Shown: positions 42,200-57,198 of the stretch, piece by piece
Layout: each line of letters opens with the position of its first letter
How positions within the stretch are numbered: position 1 is the stretch's first letter
Source: Eledone cirrhosa
Lineage: Eukaryota
Direction: 5' to 3'
Assembly (NCBI GenBank): GCA_964016885.1
Contig: OZ024742.1
Span: 154,318,001-154,382,000 of the forward strand
Length of the DNA: 64,000 nt
Program-made: the position numbers and the translations under genes
Notes under the pieces: model-generated
Seen by the model: only the letters and a program-made list of their open reading frames with translations
What the model was told of the DNA's origin: nothing
The model's database searches: none

Positions 42200-44806
42200 G
42201 AAGGTCCCGGCCCTGAGGTGTATCAGGCCGCTTCCACCTCTTAGTATCTCTAGGGTCTCGTTCAGACATAGTTTGCATATACAAGATCCCCCTTTATCGG
42301 GTGGTACTTTCCTGATTATGGACCAGGCCAGAGTGTACGGGGTCCTGTCCAGCTTAAGCTTCCAGATCAGGTCAGAGAGAACCGTACTTTTCTTTTTGGT
42401 CTCCTTATTGAAAGTATGGCGATGGTTATACCAGCGCTCTTTAAAGCTCGTTGATGTGGCTCCTATGTAGAGGTGTTCGGAGTTGGGGGTTTTAACCCTA
42501 CAACCGTATACTAGGTTTTCTTAAGGCATTCATTACCAAGGGGGCATGATTCGGGGTTTCTGCAGTTGCAGAGGGTGGTCGACCTCTGCGTGCCTATATT
42601 GGGGTTTCCGTTAGGTGTTACCTGGTTGTCTTCCCCCAGGCTATGTTTGGGTTTCTTGGGTGGGCACTGGGTCCCCCATTCCCTCCTTTTACATGGTTCT
42701 GCTGAGTGCTTGTATTGCCATCTTCTGGTTGTGTGAGGTTTTTAAGCCTACTCCTGTTGATACTAGCTATGTGTTGGGTCAGATTTATCGTGGTGGAATA
42801 CGAGAGCTTCACAGTGTGTCTGTTGAAGATCTTGTGGTATTTATGGTCCCTCGGGAAGGATGTATCAAGTGCTCCAAAGAATGATCGGGCCAAGCTGTTC
42901 TTTAGGGCCGCTGAGTAGGGTGGGTTGTACCACGTGATTTGTCTGTGTCTCCTCCTATATGTGTGGGTCGGGGGCGTCGTAAGTGTTGGAGATTTATTGG
43001 GTTGCTGGTGGTTCACGCATTGTTGCTTCCCCTTTGGGAGCTATGCCTTTTGCTATCTTCACGGCCCGAATTTGTGGGGTGGTCGTTGCCCGCACTGGGA
43101 GATCTACCGGGGGGTGGTCCTCCGTGCCCCCCCCCACGTGTCCTGCGGTTGGGGTTGTCGGGCCTGGGGTGCTTAGCATCGCCCCTGAGACTGCTACTCA
43201 TATTGGGTTTCATCTCATGGTTAAGCGTACTTGTCACCCTCGCCCGTGTGGTGGTGTCGGGCTCATGGTGCCTATTTGTTTCTATTCTGCTTGCATTGTT
43301 AGGGTGTCCCCCCCGGACAACGCGAGTGTGGGTGTCCGTTGGGCCATCCCCATCCCGGCGTTTCGGACTATATGTTATATTTTGGCCATGTGCCGCCTCA
43401 TTTTTGCTGCGTTGTAATATTCCGCGTTGTTATCGAATATTTCCTTACTTGCGGACAGGCTGGAGATCCTGTCCGAGACACTCTTCACCACGGCCTTGCT
43501 TATGGATCTAGGGTGGTTTGACTTGGCGTTAACATACACGAGTTTCTCGTTGGGCTTGTGGTAGGTCTAGTATTGTTTGGTGGTTTAGGGTAGTGTCTAG
43601 GAAGTTAACTACCTTTCTATTTGGGTCTAGTTCTATACTGAGCCCCTGGTTCTTAAAGAAATGGTGAATACGCCTCCTCATTCCCTCCAACATATTAGTG
43701 ATGTGGTCATATACTGTGAAGAGAGCATCGTCACGATATAATCCGCCACCCAGGCAGGTGATTTCATATTTTATCTGCTTCAGTAGGAAGAGCCCAACCA
43801 GGTCGGCAACCAGTGCTGAGTCGCTGGAGCCCATCGTGATGTCAAAATTATTTGGCAAATCTCTCCTCGTCTAAAGGTCTCCATCGAAACGGATTAAGGT
43901 ATTTCTTGCGGCGTGGATGATGCTCACCTCCTCTCGCGTTAGGTCCGTATTGTACATCGCTAAAAATAGGGCCTTATTGAGTACTATGGGTGAGATTGAG
44001 GAGTAGTAGCCTGCGATATCCAGTTTTATAAAGCTGCTCTTACTTTTCTCATGTAGTATCTTAAACCATTCTATTACCTCTCCCGTGCATGACCATTGGT
44101 GTAATCTAGTTTTTTTCCGAAGCTTGGGCAAAATCCTATCCAGTATTCTTTTACTGACGATCCTTAGGTCAGATCTGGAGGGGGCTATTAGTCTGACATA
44201 GATGTCGGACTCGAAGTTTGGCTTGTGATCTTTAAGGGTAATCCGCGGCTCCCTTGGTTAGTATGGGGCCATCCTGTCTTCTATGCCGAGTCAAGATATA
44301 ATCATGTAATCTGTGGCATTGATCTCATCCAGAGTAAATCCAGGTGTTTTTTTGTAGCACTTCCTCAGTTCCCTGAGAATTAGCTTATTATACAGTTCAG
44401 TGTTCATGTTGTAGATGTTGTTGGTTTTGTCCGCATGGACAAGTATTCCAGTTGTCTTTTTAAGTATGTAATCCGGTTTCACAGGTTTCTTTGTACTCCT
44501 GACTCTGGTTGGGTTTCCGGAGAATTTGAGGTTGGATATGATGTTAATCATCTCGTTTTCAAACTCCTCCATTAGTCTGTTGTGTGTGTGTGGGGGGGGG
44601 GGATGTGCTCTATTCCTCCTTGATCGAGAAAGGTACTCCATTCTTTGTGTGTTGGTAATTTTTGGCGTTCCTCTTTCGAAGTAGAACGCCTTTCATCTCA
44701 TCCTACGGACGAGGGAGTCCGTACTCTTGATGAGATCACTGGTGTATTCTCGTTTGTCAGGTAGGGGGATGTCCTTCAGTGACGCTAAGGTTGCCAGTTT
44801 TTCCAT
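42200..44806 (-). pseudogene. PLE reverse transcriptase / GIY-YIG polyprotein (disrupted)
   Basis: MEKLATLASLKDIPLP, ADKTNNIY, ITLKDHKPNF, FIKLDIAGYYSSI, FDITMGSSDSA, GLYRDDAL, WYNPPY, CNCR..CPLGNEC, YIGAT, CKLCLNE. Confidence 0.93.
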
Positions 44807-45488
44807 ACTGACTTAAATCCGCTACTGTTTGGAGCGCTCAACCCGTAATATTTTAAGTATATGTTGATAAAGTGGTAAATTGTCATCAGCAGCAAGACAT
44901 AAGCTGACCACAACACCAACAACACTACCAAAGTAAGGGTAGAGGTCAGATGTACCTAACAGTAGCAAACACAAACACTACAGTGAGCCTCACCCCAGAA
45001 AGAATTTCTATAGACTTTGGACTGAGGAATGCTCTCACAACTGACCAATGGGAAGTTTGCCCTTACAAATATTTATAACATTGAGATGGGTATAACACGC
45101 ACACACATTTTATTCGATTATTTTATTTTATTTTGTTCCTTTACCATCTTATTCTTTCTACCACTTTATCACTTTTTTGAGTTGACTCCAACAACATCAC
45201 CACTACCAACATAAGAATAGGGGTCAGATGTACCTAACAATAACAAGAACAATAACTACAGATTGGCTTGCCTCAGAACGAATTTTTATAGACTTTTGAC
45301 TGAGGAATGTTCTAACAACTGGCCAATGAGAGGAGAAGATGCCTTTTGACGCTGAAATTCGTTTGTTTAAATTCATATGATTCCAGTTCCTCAGTGAAGT
45401 AACCCAACCAGTAACTGGGCATATCAGAGTATTGATAAAGTTATACACCTCAACAACATGTGTACTCATCTTTACCACACTAATTAAG

Positions 45489-45543
45489 ACTGCCTGAAGA
45501 GGTCACAGCCAAAGATGGCTGTCACCGAAATATATATAGCAGT
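45489..45543 (+). ncRNA. Minimal type-I hammerhead (right, inverted pLTR)
   Basis: actgc-CTGAAGA-ggtc-acagcc/ggctgt-cacc-GAAAT-ATAT-ATA-gcagt. Confidence 0.8.
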
Positions 45544-45690
45544 AATAAACGAAACCAAATTTTAAACTTTTGACTTATTTATTTTATTTTATTTTACATT
45601 ACTCCGGAGTTACCAAACCACCCTGCGCACTTCGTCGAATGCTCCAATCTGCATACTGAGGTGTTGGTATACAACCAACATATACTCAAC

Positions 45691-45742
<52 letters not shown>

Positions 45743-47216
45743 CATGCATTCAAGTTAATTCTTTCAAATCTTACCACATTCTGAAAAGATTTCCTCAACG
45801 CTTGTTAATTATTAGAAATTTGCTGTTGTAATCATCAAAACCACTAAAATTCAATCTATTATAATTATCATCATCAAAATTGTCATTGTATCTTTGTCTT
45901 CATCATCAAGCTCATCATTACCAGCATCAGCAATATAATAATTATTTTACATTTTTATCATCGTCATCATTATAATCATCTTTGTAGGCGTATAAATCGT
46001 ACTAAATTTGAAAATATATAATGAAAATAATGACACCTGTTCTTTTCTTCACTAGATGGAATATTGTTTTCCTGACATTTATGCTTCTTTTAGTAAGTAA
46101 TAAAAATAGAACACGAAACAATAACAACATAATAATAATTATTAACACAAACATATAAGAATATGGTATTATATAATGTAGACAAAATTTAATCAAATTT
46201 TGCAGAATATACTAAAGTCTGAATCTTTTGTCTGATGAATATGATGCTCGTCGGATTTCGCACAAATTTATTTGCAATTTTTCATTCAAGAACGTCTTAT
46301 ATTTTAAATCAATTCATAATTTCTGTAACAAATGAATACATATATCCTTTGGGAAATCAGAGAATAATCGTGCGAATTTCATGTTTACGTGAATTTGTGT
46401 GTATGGTAGAATATACGAACAGATGTAACAACACTATTCTAGACATGAAATAATAAAAAATTCCGAAATCACACTTTAGAAATATACCATCGCACTTCCA
46501 TTACTGAAGAAACTGAAAAAACATGTTGTGTGTATGTGTGCGGGGGGGGGGGGGGGGGGTAACAGATAAAACGATTATTATTTATATACAAATTATTCTT
46601 TATATGAATTGTGGTAGAAAATCTCTAATTCGAAGGTTATGATATTCGAAATCAACATCTATATTTTAGTAGTGTTTGATTTCTCGACGACAAGTGAATA
46701 TAGGGAAAACCAGAAAATTCACGAACGCCAGACAAAAACGCGTGATTCATGATAGCATTGCAACTATATTGGCATTTAGTTCGATCTCAACCCGTGTGAA
46801 GCTTGGTTAATTGTTACCAGTCAAGGTGATTATCTTGTACACGCCTGTCAAAAAGAGATAGCACAACAGCAACAGCTATTAAAAAAAAATCTATAAGAAA
46901 ACCTCACCAGCAGAAAATAAAATATTAAAATTATCTGCCAAGTGAGAAGTGATGATTTCATCCAACGAAACAAGTCAATTAACTTTCATCGTGTACGTTT
47001 GTGCTTGAAAATTGTCGACCAAAAATAATCTAGTAATTCTGGCGGTAACCAAATGAAAACAGTTTGGTATGGACAAAACATATACTCACTACATTTGACA
47101 TAGCAGTGCAGAGGATTTGGGCGCTACTGAAAATTATAATATGAATATAATGAATCATCTATAACTGGTGGCTTTCTCTATATTTGAGGACATTCCATGG
47201 CGAATATATGTATACA

Positions 47217-47325
<109 letters not shown>

Positions 47326-48699
47326 TGTAGCATTGACTATACACGAAAGGTTGCTTGGCACTAACTCTAATTGGGTATAGTTAAATTCCTTCGACATATC
47401 ACGGGTGAATCTGAACTTTTTGACATTCTTTCATTGACAGATCGTTTACAACGTGATGAGAATATGCGCAAAGGTTTACAGAGGAAAATCAATATCTGGA
47501 TTATCAGGTGTGCTTAAAGCTTAATAGACCAATTTTCATGTGATTTAGGAGGTATTAAGAATACAAATCACCATGATTATCGGATGGAAATTCACTATTG
47601 ATATGATGCAGATTTGCGTTGTTGAAGAAAGTTAAAATCAAGTCAAGGTCTGTGTTTTCTATACAAGATTGAAGAACATTAGATCCGAAAGAAGAATTGC
47701 AAATGAATTATATGCCACCTGCTTAGCCACGAGAGCAGTTAATTGTTATTAACGGATGATCTTTAGTTAAAGAAGAACAATAAAGGAGTGGAATTATGAT
47801 TCGGGTTATAATGGACATAGCTCATTAGTGGAGCATCAGTTGGGTTAAGAAAATAGAACTTTCTAGACGGATACACAGATATAGAAATCCGCGTAGGAAA
47901 TATATAAACGTGATATATCAACATTATCTCTTTTTTTATAAAGCGATTCACTCAATAAGTTTGGGCGTTAAATATTATTATCATTTTCTCGGAGTCTCAG
48001 TCATTGTTATTTAACTGGAAAGTTTATTCAAATGAACAAGCCGCTACCTGCAGCCTCAGTTATTCAAGACTTATCGGAGGGTTATTGCTGTTCCTAGAAA
48101 GCATCCCTTTCGAAGTGTTCCAAAAAAAAGGGGGGGGAGGCTGGACTAATGTTTTTTAACCATCATTGAACACTTTTTGAGATACAAACTAGTGCTTCTA
48201 TGGCAATTGGGACGAACTTGATCTCATGACAGTCCCATACCCTTTTAAAATCACACTTCAAATCCTGGTATCGGTTAATTTTGTCCTTCTCCTTTTCTTG
48301 CACGCTTGTGTCAATGAGATACAAGAGTGGTCAGACAGGTCAGGCCTATTGTTTTCTAATTTATTGTCTGTCTGTATCCGGAAATCCCATAGCACCTTCA
48401 CTCGATCGTGCCTCCAGCCCTAATAGTCAGTTTGGGCTAGGTGTTTACACTCGGATACGATGTGAGCCACAGTTTCCTCTCTCTCCACACATCATACAGA
48501 ATGGGCTAGATTATTATTATTATTATTGACTGTCAGACAAATATGACGTGTTATTGTGAGCTCCACGAGTGCATTGTCAAATCTTTTCTTTTGAATGGAT
48601 ATTTATATTCTTTTTGAAAAAAGTGTCGTAAGTCTTCTGTCTTTGCTCTGTGAAGATGAGACTTTATAGTTGGGCCTTTTGACGCAGATATTTGAAATT

Positions 48700-51060
48700 A
48701 GTTTCATTAAAATTAAAATGGTGGAGGGGCCCATCCCCCAAATTGAGACCGCTGTCGTTGACAGAGATGCATGCGTTGGGTTAAGTAACACCTGCCAAAC
48801 CACAAATTTAAGCAGTATTGCCAACAACAAAATCAATAGCACCAGCAATAAAAAAACTAAAAAAATGGACGGTAGAAACAATAGCAAAAAGAAAAAACAG
48901 CAACGAAATTAATACCAAAATTAACACGAACAGCGACAGAATCAACAGCGATAACGAAACAAGTGAAGAAAATAACGATAGCAAAACCAGAAACAACTAT
49001 AACACTACCGACAACAATAACGCCAGAAACAAAGTAACCAGTAACACGGACAGCAACAAGAAATCTTTCACTGCTGCGGTAGCCCCAAAAGACCATGTTT
49101 TAGCATGGACCTTACCAGACACCTCCAAAGCCCCTATGATGTGAGTAAACCTTTCTTCTCTCTTTTGAGCCGCCAACATGGCCATCCTAAGAGAATGATT
49201 TTTCAAAAGCCATGGCCTGATATCATCCTGGAAGGAGGCTCACCTGCTGAACTGTCTCACGTCACTAGATAAGGATGTGATTGCAGTCAGCGAGACTACG
49301 ATTTCCGACACGCGCAAATTAGACCCCATTTTCGACGCTATCAGATTTTCGTCGGCCGGTAACGGGAGGGTGGGTTTTGGTGCTAATTAGCAAAGGCTTG
49401 GATCTCAAGGTAACGTCCTATCTTCAGGGACCCGAACACTAAGTTGGTGAAATTGGACGTGCACAATAGAAAAGGTGAAGAATTTTGACCGGTGGCTGTC
49501 TACCCCTCGGCAGGAGACGGATGGCCGGATTTATTTAGTCTGTCACCGTTTCCTGTTATCGGAGGACTGGAACGGGTTCTCAGACGTACGCTGGTATTGT
49601 GTGTGAGTAGCAGAGAGTAGCAGGGTTGGGGATGGCTGGTAAGAGCCTCAAGTAGTTGATCAGGCAGTTTCAATTGTCTGAGACGTACCGACTAAATTTC
49701 TCTAATGTGCAAGTTCGGTGCTGGTCCAAACACGTAGTGCCATCTAGATCGTATATAAATAGGTTTTACATTAGGTCAATCGATAAGAATAGATAAGGTT
49801 CTCCACACTTTCAAAAGTCACCTATTCAGATCACAAATTTGTGATCTGTATGGTTGACTTAGATTAGACACCAATATTTCCGGCATGTAAGGCTTACAGA
49901 GACCGTGTCAACAATATATTTAATCAAAATGTGACAAGGGAAGTTGTCATGACGAGGAGGTACCTGGCTCTCAAAATAGAGATTAGAGTATTTCAAAAGG
50001 CTTTAGCAAAGAGAACAATATAAAGGAGGGGGGCCGGAAGCTAAATTATACGAGGCTATTGTAGTGGCTAATGTGCTAGTGGCGAGAATGGCATTATACT
50101 ATTTCTTCAATGCGAAATACGGGGTTGCATAATCAGAAGTAAGGCACGTGCTCAAAGAAACGATAAACCAATGCTGTTCGACAAGCCCACTTGTGAGGGG
50201 TGCAGCATGGTATCAAAACCACAATTATTACTTTGACACAGAGAAACTAACGTGAGCTAAACGAATTCAGGCATGTGTGATACCTTTCGCCAGCTCATTG
50301 CTCGGCTGTTCGGGGAAGCGGGTGTCCGAAGACTGTAGGGGATTTCGGTCCCTACCTCTAAGGCCTACTGCGTCTCTCGCCAGCTGACGTGTAGCTCTGC
50401 GAATGGCCGATAACTTCGGGATTCACCAGTCGCCTTCACGAGACGCAGTTCTGCGACCAGGGGCGTAGTAACCCTGATAAAGAAAGACGAGAACAAGAGG
50501 AATAATTTAGGTAAATTTAGGCCAATAACTTTGCTGAACACAGAGTTTAAGATTTTGCTGAAGATGTTAGTGAAGAGGTTGGCTCTGATCGTCAAGGATT
50601 TGGTAGGAAGAGGGAATATCCCGAACGGATCCATACACGACAACCACCAGCTAATGCGATACATCTTAGAGAGGGATTGATGTAAATCTGAGTTCGGTGT
50701 GGCTCTGATAAATTGAGATAAATCTAAAGCTCTCGACAGCGTCGACCATAGATACCAAAAGCTTGTCTTTAAGGCAGTCTGCTTTGGTCCTGTTTTCAGA
50801 GGCTTGATTGCTGCAATGCACAGCGGCATCTGTTCGGTGTTCAAAGTTAATGGTCATCTTTCGGAACTGTTTCAAATCTCCTGATCGGCCAGTCAAAGGT
50901 GTTCTCTTTCCTCCCTTCTGTACATATTGACTCTCACGCCTTTACTATTGCAGCTGGAACTGTTGCAGGGCATCATGTTCGAACCCAGAGGCGGAAGGGG
51001 CGTGTGGGCATATGCGGAAGACATCACAGTGGTAGTTTCTAGTGCGCGCAGCAGCATATC
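48700..51060 (+). mobile_element. Degenerate Tx1/L1-clade LINE (RT clear at 50400-51050; upstream ORF1-like part uncertain)
   Basis: GVVTLIKK..FRPITLLNTEFKIL..RL, SIHDN, DKSKALDSVDH, VNGHLS, AYAEDITV. Upstream there is an Asn-rich stretch plus KSFTAAVA. Confidence 0.75.
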
Positions 51061-51404
51061 CAAATATTCTTCCTAAACTGTGTACTTGTGTGGTCGGCGT
51101 CGGTGAGACACCCCTTTCCGCCGCTTGTCTCGTTGACTGAGTTGTAGTCCTGGATAGGTCAAGAAGAGATCAAGATTTAACAGCTGACGTCTGTGATGTT
51201 GCTAGTCGCACGCTGCCCACTACCATGCGGGCAACGAGGTAAGTGTAACTTCCACTCTCGAGTTCTGTATATGATTAGTGGTGGGCAAGTGCAACAAACA
51301 TTCGAATAGGGGCCGTGCTTCAATGACGTCGAACTGACTAGTTTTTTTTCCGGAGGAATTTAGTGCCGGGGAGTGTGGTCTGCCCCAGAAAGTCATTTCG
51401 GCAA

Positions 51405-52425
51405 TCAAACAGATTTACGCAAATTCCAAGTCCTGCATACGGACAGAGGATGGTTACAGTGACTGGTTTGAGGTGGTTACTGGCGTGCGTCAAGTTTGCT
51501 CGCCCTCTCCAATTCTCTTTGCCATAGCCATTGACTGGGTACTAAGAAGAGCGTCTAAAGTCCAGGGTATATCTTGGGTGGGAGAGCACAAATTGTCTGA
51601 CCTGGACATTGCGGACGATATTGCTGGACTTTGCGGACGATATTGCTGCACTTGCAGAGACACAGCTGACCTGCAAATCATTGTGAACAATATCAATGTC
51701 GAAGTAGGAAACTTAGGTCTCAATATCTGTTCCAAGAAGACCAAACGCATGTTATCTGGGACTCACCAACCACAAACCAGTGTCTTCATTGAACAGGAGG
51801 GGGTGGAGATAGTGGACAAATCCACCTACCTAGGAAGCTCCATTAACTATGAGGGCACCATGGACAGTGAACTGCAATGTAGAATGGGAAAGGCTTCAGC
51901 AGCATTTAACCAGCTTCACAAGATCTGGAAGAGCAGGAAGTTCACCCTCAAAACAAAGATGAGATTCTACAACAGCAACGTGCTGTCCACACTCTTGTAC
52001 GTAAGTGAAACATGGCACCTTAAGACCAGCCAAGAGAAGTAGTTGGACGCATTCGATTCCAGATGTGTGCGAAAGATCCTGGGGATTAAATGGAGTGACC
52101 ATGTAACAAACCAGGAAGTCAGGATCCGCACCAACCAGCAGCTAGTCTCTTCTGCCATCTGCAAGCGATGCCTGGGCTGGTTTGGACACGCTTTGAGACT
52201 TTTCCCGGAGAGACTGGCGAACCAAGTACTTAAATGGAGCCCGCAGGGAAGCAGACGCAGAGGGCGACCCAAAATGAACTGGCGCCAGACAGGTGAGAGG
52301 GACCTGCGAGCGACAAACAGACAATGGCGTGACGCTGTGCAACTGGCTGCTGACCGAACGCGATGTAACACTATGATTGCCTCATGCGTAGCAAGACGCG
52401 GGAGCTTCTGAGTCCGAGTCTGAGT
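51405..52425 (+). mobile_element. 5'-truncated RTE-clade LINE
   Basis: TGVRQVCSPSPILF, DLDIADDIA, YLGSSI, RMGKASAAF, LLYVSETW, WFGHALR, RRRGRPK, and a (CTGAGT)n-like tail. Confidence 0.93.
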
Positions 52426-52875
52426 GTGGATAACTTCCAGAAATCCCTCAAATCACAGTGCTATAGGTGGGCACTGCTAGTCCGATATACATTTTACAGG
52501 CACGGCAGTGCTGTCAGACGGACCTGCTCGAGAGCGTACATATTGACGAAAGCGTTCTGCAAACATTTTCCTGCTTGTAGAATTAGGTTTATGTGTGCAG
52601 CTGCAATTGAAATCTATTTCGATGAGAATAGATTTCACATCTGTACTGAAGCCTGGAAGGGATTCTGAAAATACCCTTATAGATGCAAAGAGCAACTTGT
52701 CAAGGTATAACGTAGAATCAACATAAACTAGTATAATCTATTCGTTTTTGTAAAATATACTATTATGCCTATCATGTTAGTCGGGTGCAACAATCAAGAC
52801 GTAACCCGTTAAAACAGGAGGCAGATCGTGAGCCTAAAAGAGAAACTCACGAATGTGTAGCAATATTAGTCAGAG

Positions 52876-53060
52876 GGCGGTGGATGGCAGTATCGGTAGA
52901 GGGTCGGACGCCATGCTTTCCAGCATAGTTATGTCCCTTTAAGATCTGAGTTCAAATCCCGCTGAGGTTGATTTTGCCTTTCATCCTTACGGGGTCGATA
53001 AAATAAAGTACCAGTAATGCACTGGATAATTGCTGGCCTTGTGCCTAAAGTAGAAACAAA
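52876..53060 (+). mobile_element. tRNA-derived SINE with TSD-like flanks (aatattagtca)
   Basis: Family match; aatattagtca occurs at about 52862 and 53059. Confidence 0.92.
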
Positions 53061-53219
53061 TATTAGTCAAATCTACCCCAACCTATACATCAATGTCTAC
53101 CGTTACACAATGTGTTATTGTATATTGTGGTAGCACGAGTACAGTGACCAACAAGTCGATAATCATAGGTCAGTTGAATCATGAACAGTTACATCAACTT
53201 TAAATATAATATTGATATA

Positions 53220-54122
<903 letters not shown>

Positions 54123-55671
54123 TCAACTAATCTAATTTTACTGTTTCACGCATCTGTAGAAACACCAACGAGGTTATTCCGTTCTTCATTTATGTTCTCT
54201 AACCAGCACTACTGTGGTAGGAGCACATTAAACTGTTTTGGTTTTGTTTTTTAATAGAGAAGAAAAGATTCTATGACATTTTAAGCTCCTTAATTTAAAT
54301 GGATGATGTAAAATTGTTGGCAGAAACAAGAAATATAAATGCTTACAGATAAAACGTCAAATAATTGCGTGAAAGCTGTAACATTTATTTAGGCAAACAT
54401 TTCAGGCTAAACATTTTAAAATGAAACAAAAATAAAAGAACACATAAAAAAATCTCAATACGATTTATGAAATTAATGGTGACATCAAGTATCTAAATTA
54501 AAGTTGAGTGTTTATATATAGTGGTGTGCGATACGGCAGATATGAACAAACAAAAGAACAAGGGAATACATCTATAGAAATATAATTCAAATAAGGAAAC
54601 CTCAGTTTGTGAAAACTCCCTTAATATTCAAAACCTCTATTTATCGCATATATTTAGCATGGAAATAGACATACACAGGATTGGCAGAAAAGTGAGATAG
54701 TTATTAAAAATGTATAAAATATAGCGAACAAATGTTCGACAATTTTACATAAATGTGTTAAATAAAATCAAGTTTGTCTGCAATGAAACACGTAATTCAA
54801 GATCGCTATGTCAAGTTTGTAAATGTGTCTAGTCTCCGAAGAAGCAGAAACTACTGATGACGGAAGAATGACTGAGAAACAATTAAGATGGAAAGAAATA
54901 ACATGTATGTAATGACAGTTAAACTTAATAGAGAGATTAATTGCCTCAGCATGTAATACTATTAATGTCTTCAGCCCAGGAAAGTGAAAAGTCAAAATAA
55001 ACTTTCTAAAATTATTTAAAATCAATGTCTTGTAAAAAAAGTTTTTTTTTATGTTTATATTCATTCTTCTACAGACATACATAAATACACACGTACACAC
55101 ACATACATACACACTCACATGCAAACACAGACATATGCAGACACTTATACTCACAGACACACATACACACGTACACGCAAACACACACACATATATATAT
55201 ATACATATATTTTCACAGGCTTCATATATGCGTACATACATACAAGCATATATGCATACATACATACATCTATTCATACATACATACATTCATACATACA
55301 TAAATCAATCCCTCCCTCCATCCATACATACACACATACATACGTAACATTCATACACACATGCATTCATACGTACGTACATACATATTTCCCATCCCAG
55401 AAAGACATAGATAGTTCCTGGAGTTGGTGTAAGAAAATGAAATACAGCCAGGAGTGGAAATCAACTGCCCACTCGATGTCAATAAACAGCTAAATATTAG
55501 CGAAAATGATATCATTTTTATTCAACTAATGAGACTTTTCAGAAACACCATTCATTGAACATTCGGGTTCTGATACATGTTTCTAATTGTCTCATTAAAA
55601 ATCTTGACAAACTGAGCTTCGCGGAAACAAACCAAGAACGGTCAGTTGAAGAGTTGCAAGTTCAAATCATT

Positions 55672-55857
55672 AATTGTTTCTACTTTAGGCACAAGGCCAG
55701 CAATTATCCAGTGCATTACTGGTACTTTATTTTATCGACCCCGTAAGGATGAAAGGCAAAGTCAACCTCGGCGGGATTTGAACTCTGATCGTAAAGGGAC
55801 GTAACTATGCTGGAAAGCATGGCGTCCGACCCTCAACCGATAATGCCAATCCACCGC
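55672..55857 (-). mobile_element. tRNA-derived SINE
   Basis: Reverse-complement family match; gcaagttcaaatca is repeated at the flanks. Confidence 0.92.
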
Positions 55858-56194
55858 AAGTTCAAATCCACCGCAAGTTCAAATCATTAATGGAATTGTA
55901 AAATTATGTAAAACGATTCACAATGTAATAACGATTCAATATGCAATAAATGCATGTAAAGAGACGCATGCACGTATACACTTTTAAAACAATACATGCA
56001 GATACACACACGCAATAACACCCATACCTGGGAATACACTCAAACAATCCCATAAAATTATACATCCGCATTTACCTAGCTGGTGTATATATTCCAATGA
56101 AAAATATTGGTAATCTATCAGAAACCAACTATTCCTTGTAATTAATAACATATTTAAAAAACAGAACATACATACACACACACACACACGCAAA

Positions 56195-56231
<37 letters not shown>

Positions 56232-56317
56232 AATATGCATATGTCAATATAACACACAAACACATAAATATATATATATATATATTTAAATATATATAAA
56301 TATATATATATAAATAA

Positions 56318-56370
<53 letters not shown>

Positions 56371-56371
56371 A

Positions 56372-56412
<41 letters not shown>

Positions 56413-56413
56413 A

Positions 56414-56449
<36 letters not shown>

Positions 56450-56453
56450 TTAA

Positions 56454-56545
<92 letters not shown>

Positions 56546-57198
56546 GATATTAACAAATGTAAACTATATTTATAAAACCATATTTATTTCATTATACATA
56601 TTTCAAGGACACCAAGTTAAATTATGGTGTGTTTTCATCACACAAAATATAATATAGACCAGTTTTATAAATAGATATTGACATACACCTAAAAAATGAA
56701 ACCATTACTGTTGGAAGCTCCCGGATAGTGGAGTTATTTACTTATATTATAATTAGTATTGAATATTTTTATTTTAAAATAGCCCGTTGGGTTACAGAGA
56801 AAGAAAAAGAAGGAGAGAGTGAAAAAAGAGAGAGAAAGAGAAAAGAGAGAGAGGGAGAGACCAAAACAACAGAGAGAGAAATATATATAGAGAGAAAGGA
56901 GACAGAGAGAAGGGGAGAGAACGAAAACTGTAAGTCATATCTTGTTGAGTTAACTTAACAATTGAAATGAAATGAATAAATAAAATTAGAGATGTTAATA
57001 ATCATGAATGGAATATACATATATAATATGAGAAATTAATCATTGTTTAAATATGATTATATATGTATATCCCATTAATGATTATTAACATCTCTAATTT
57101 TATTTATTCATTTCATGTCAAAATGTTTATATATTTATTTATTTCTTTATTTTATTTCATCTCAGTCTGTTTATATATATATTTATATATTTATCTAT

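Larger units (their letters stand above)
40775..45692 (-). mobile_element. Full-length Naiad-like Penelope element with ~700-bp inverted pLTRs
   Basis: Minus-strand RT/GIY-YIG homologous to 17442-20120. 40775-41480 is the inverse of 44889-45596. Confidence 0.93.

Noticed and set aside
48818-49144. Asn/Thr-rich ORF as a host gene
   Set aside because: It is low-complexity (AAC-rich) and lies upstream of a Tx1/L1-like RT, so it is more likely a decayed ORF1 region.
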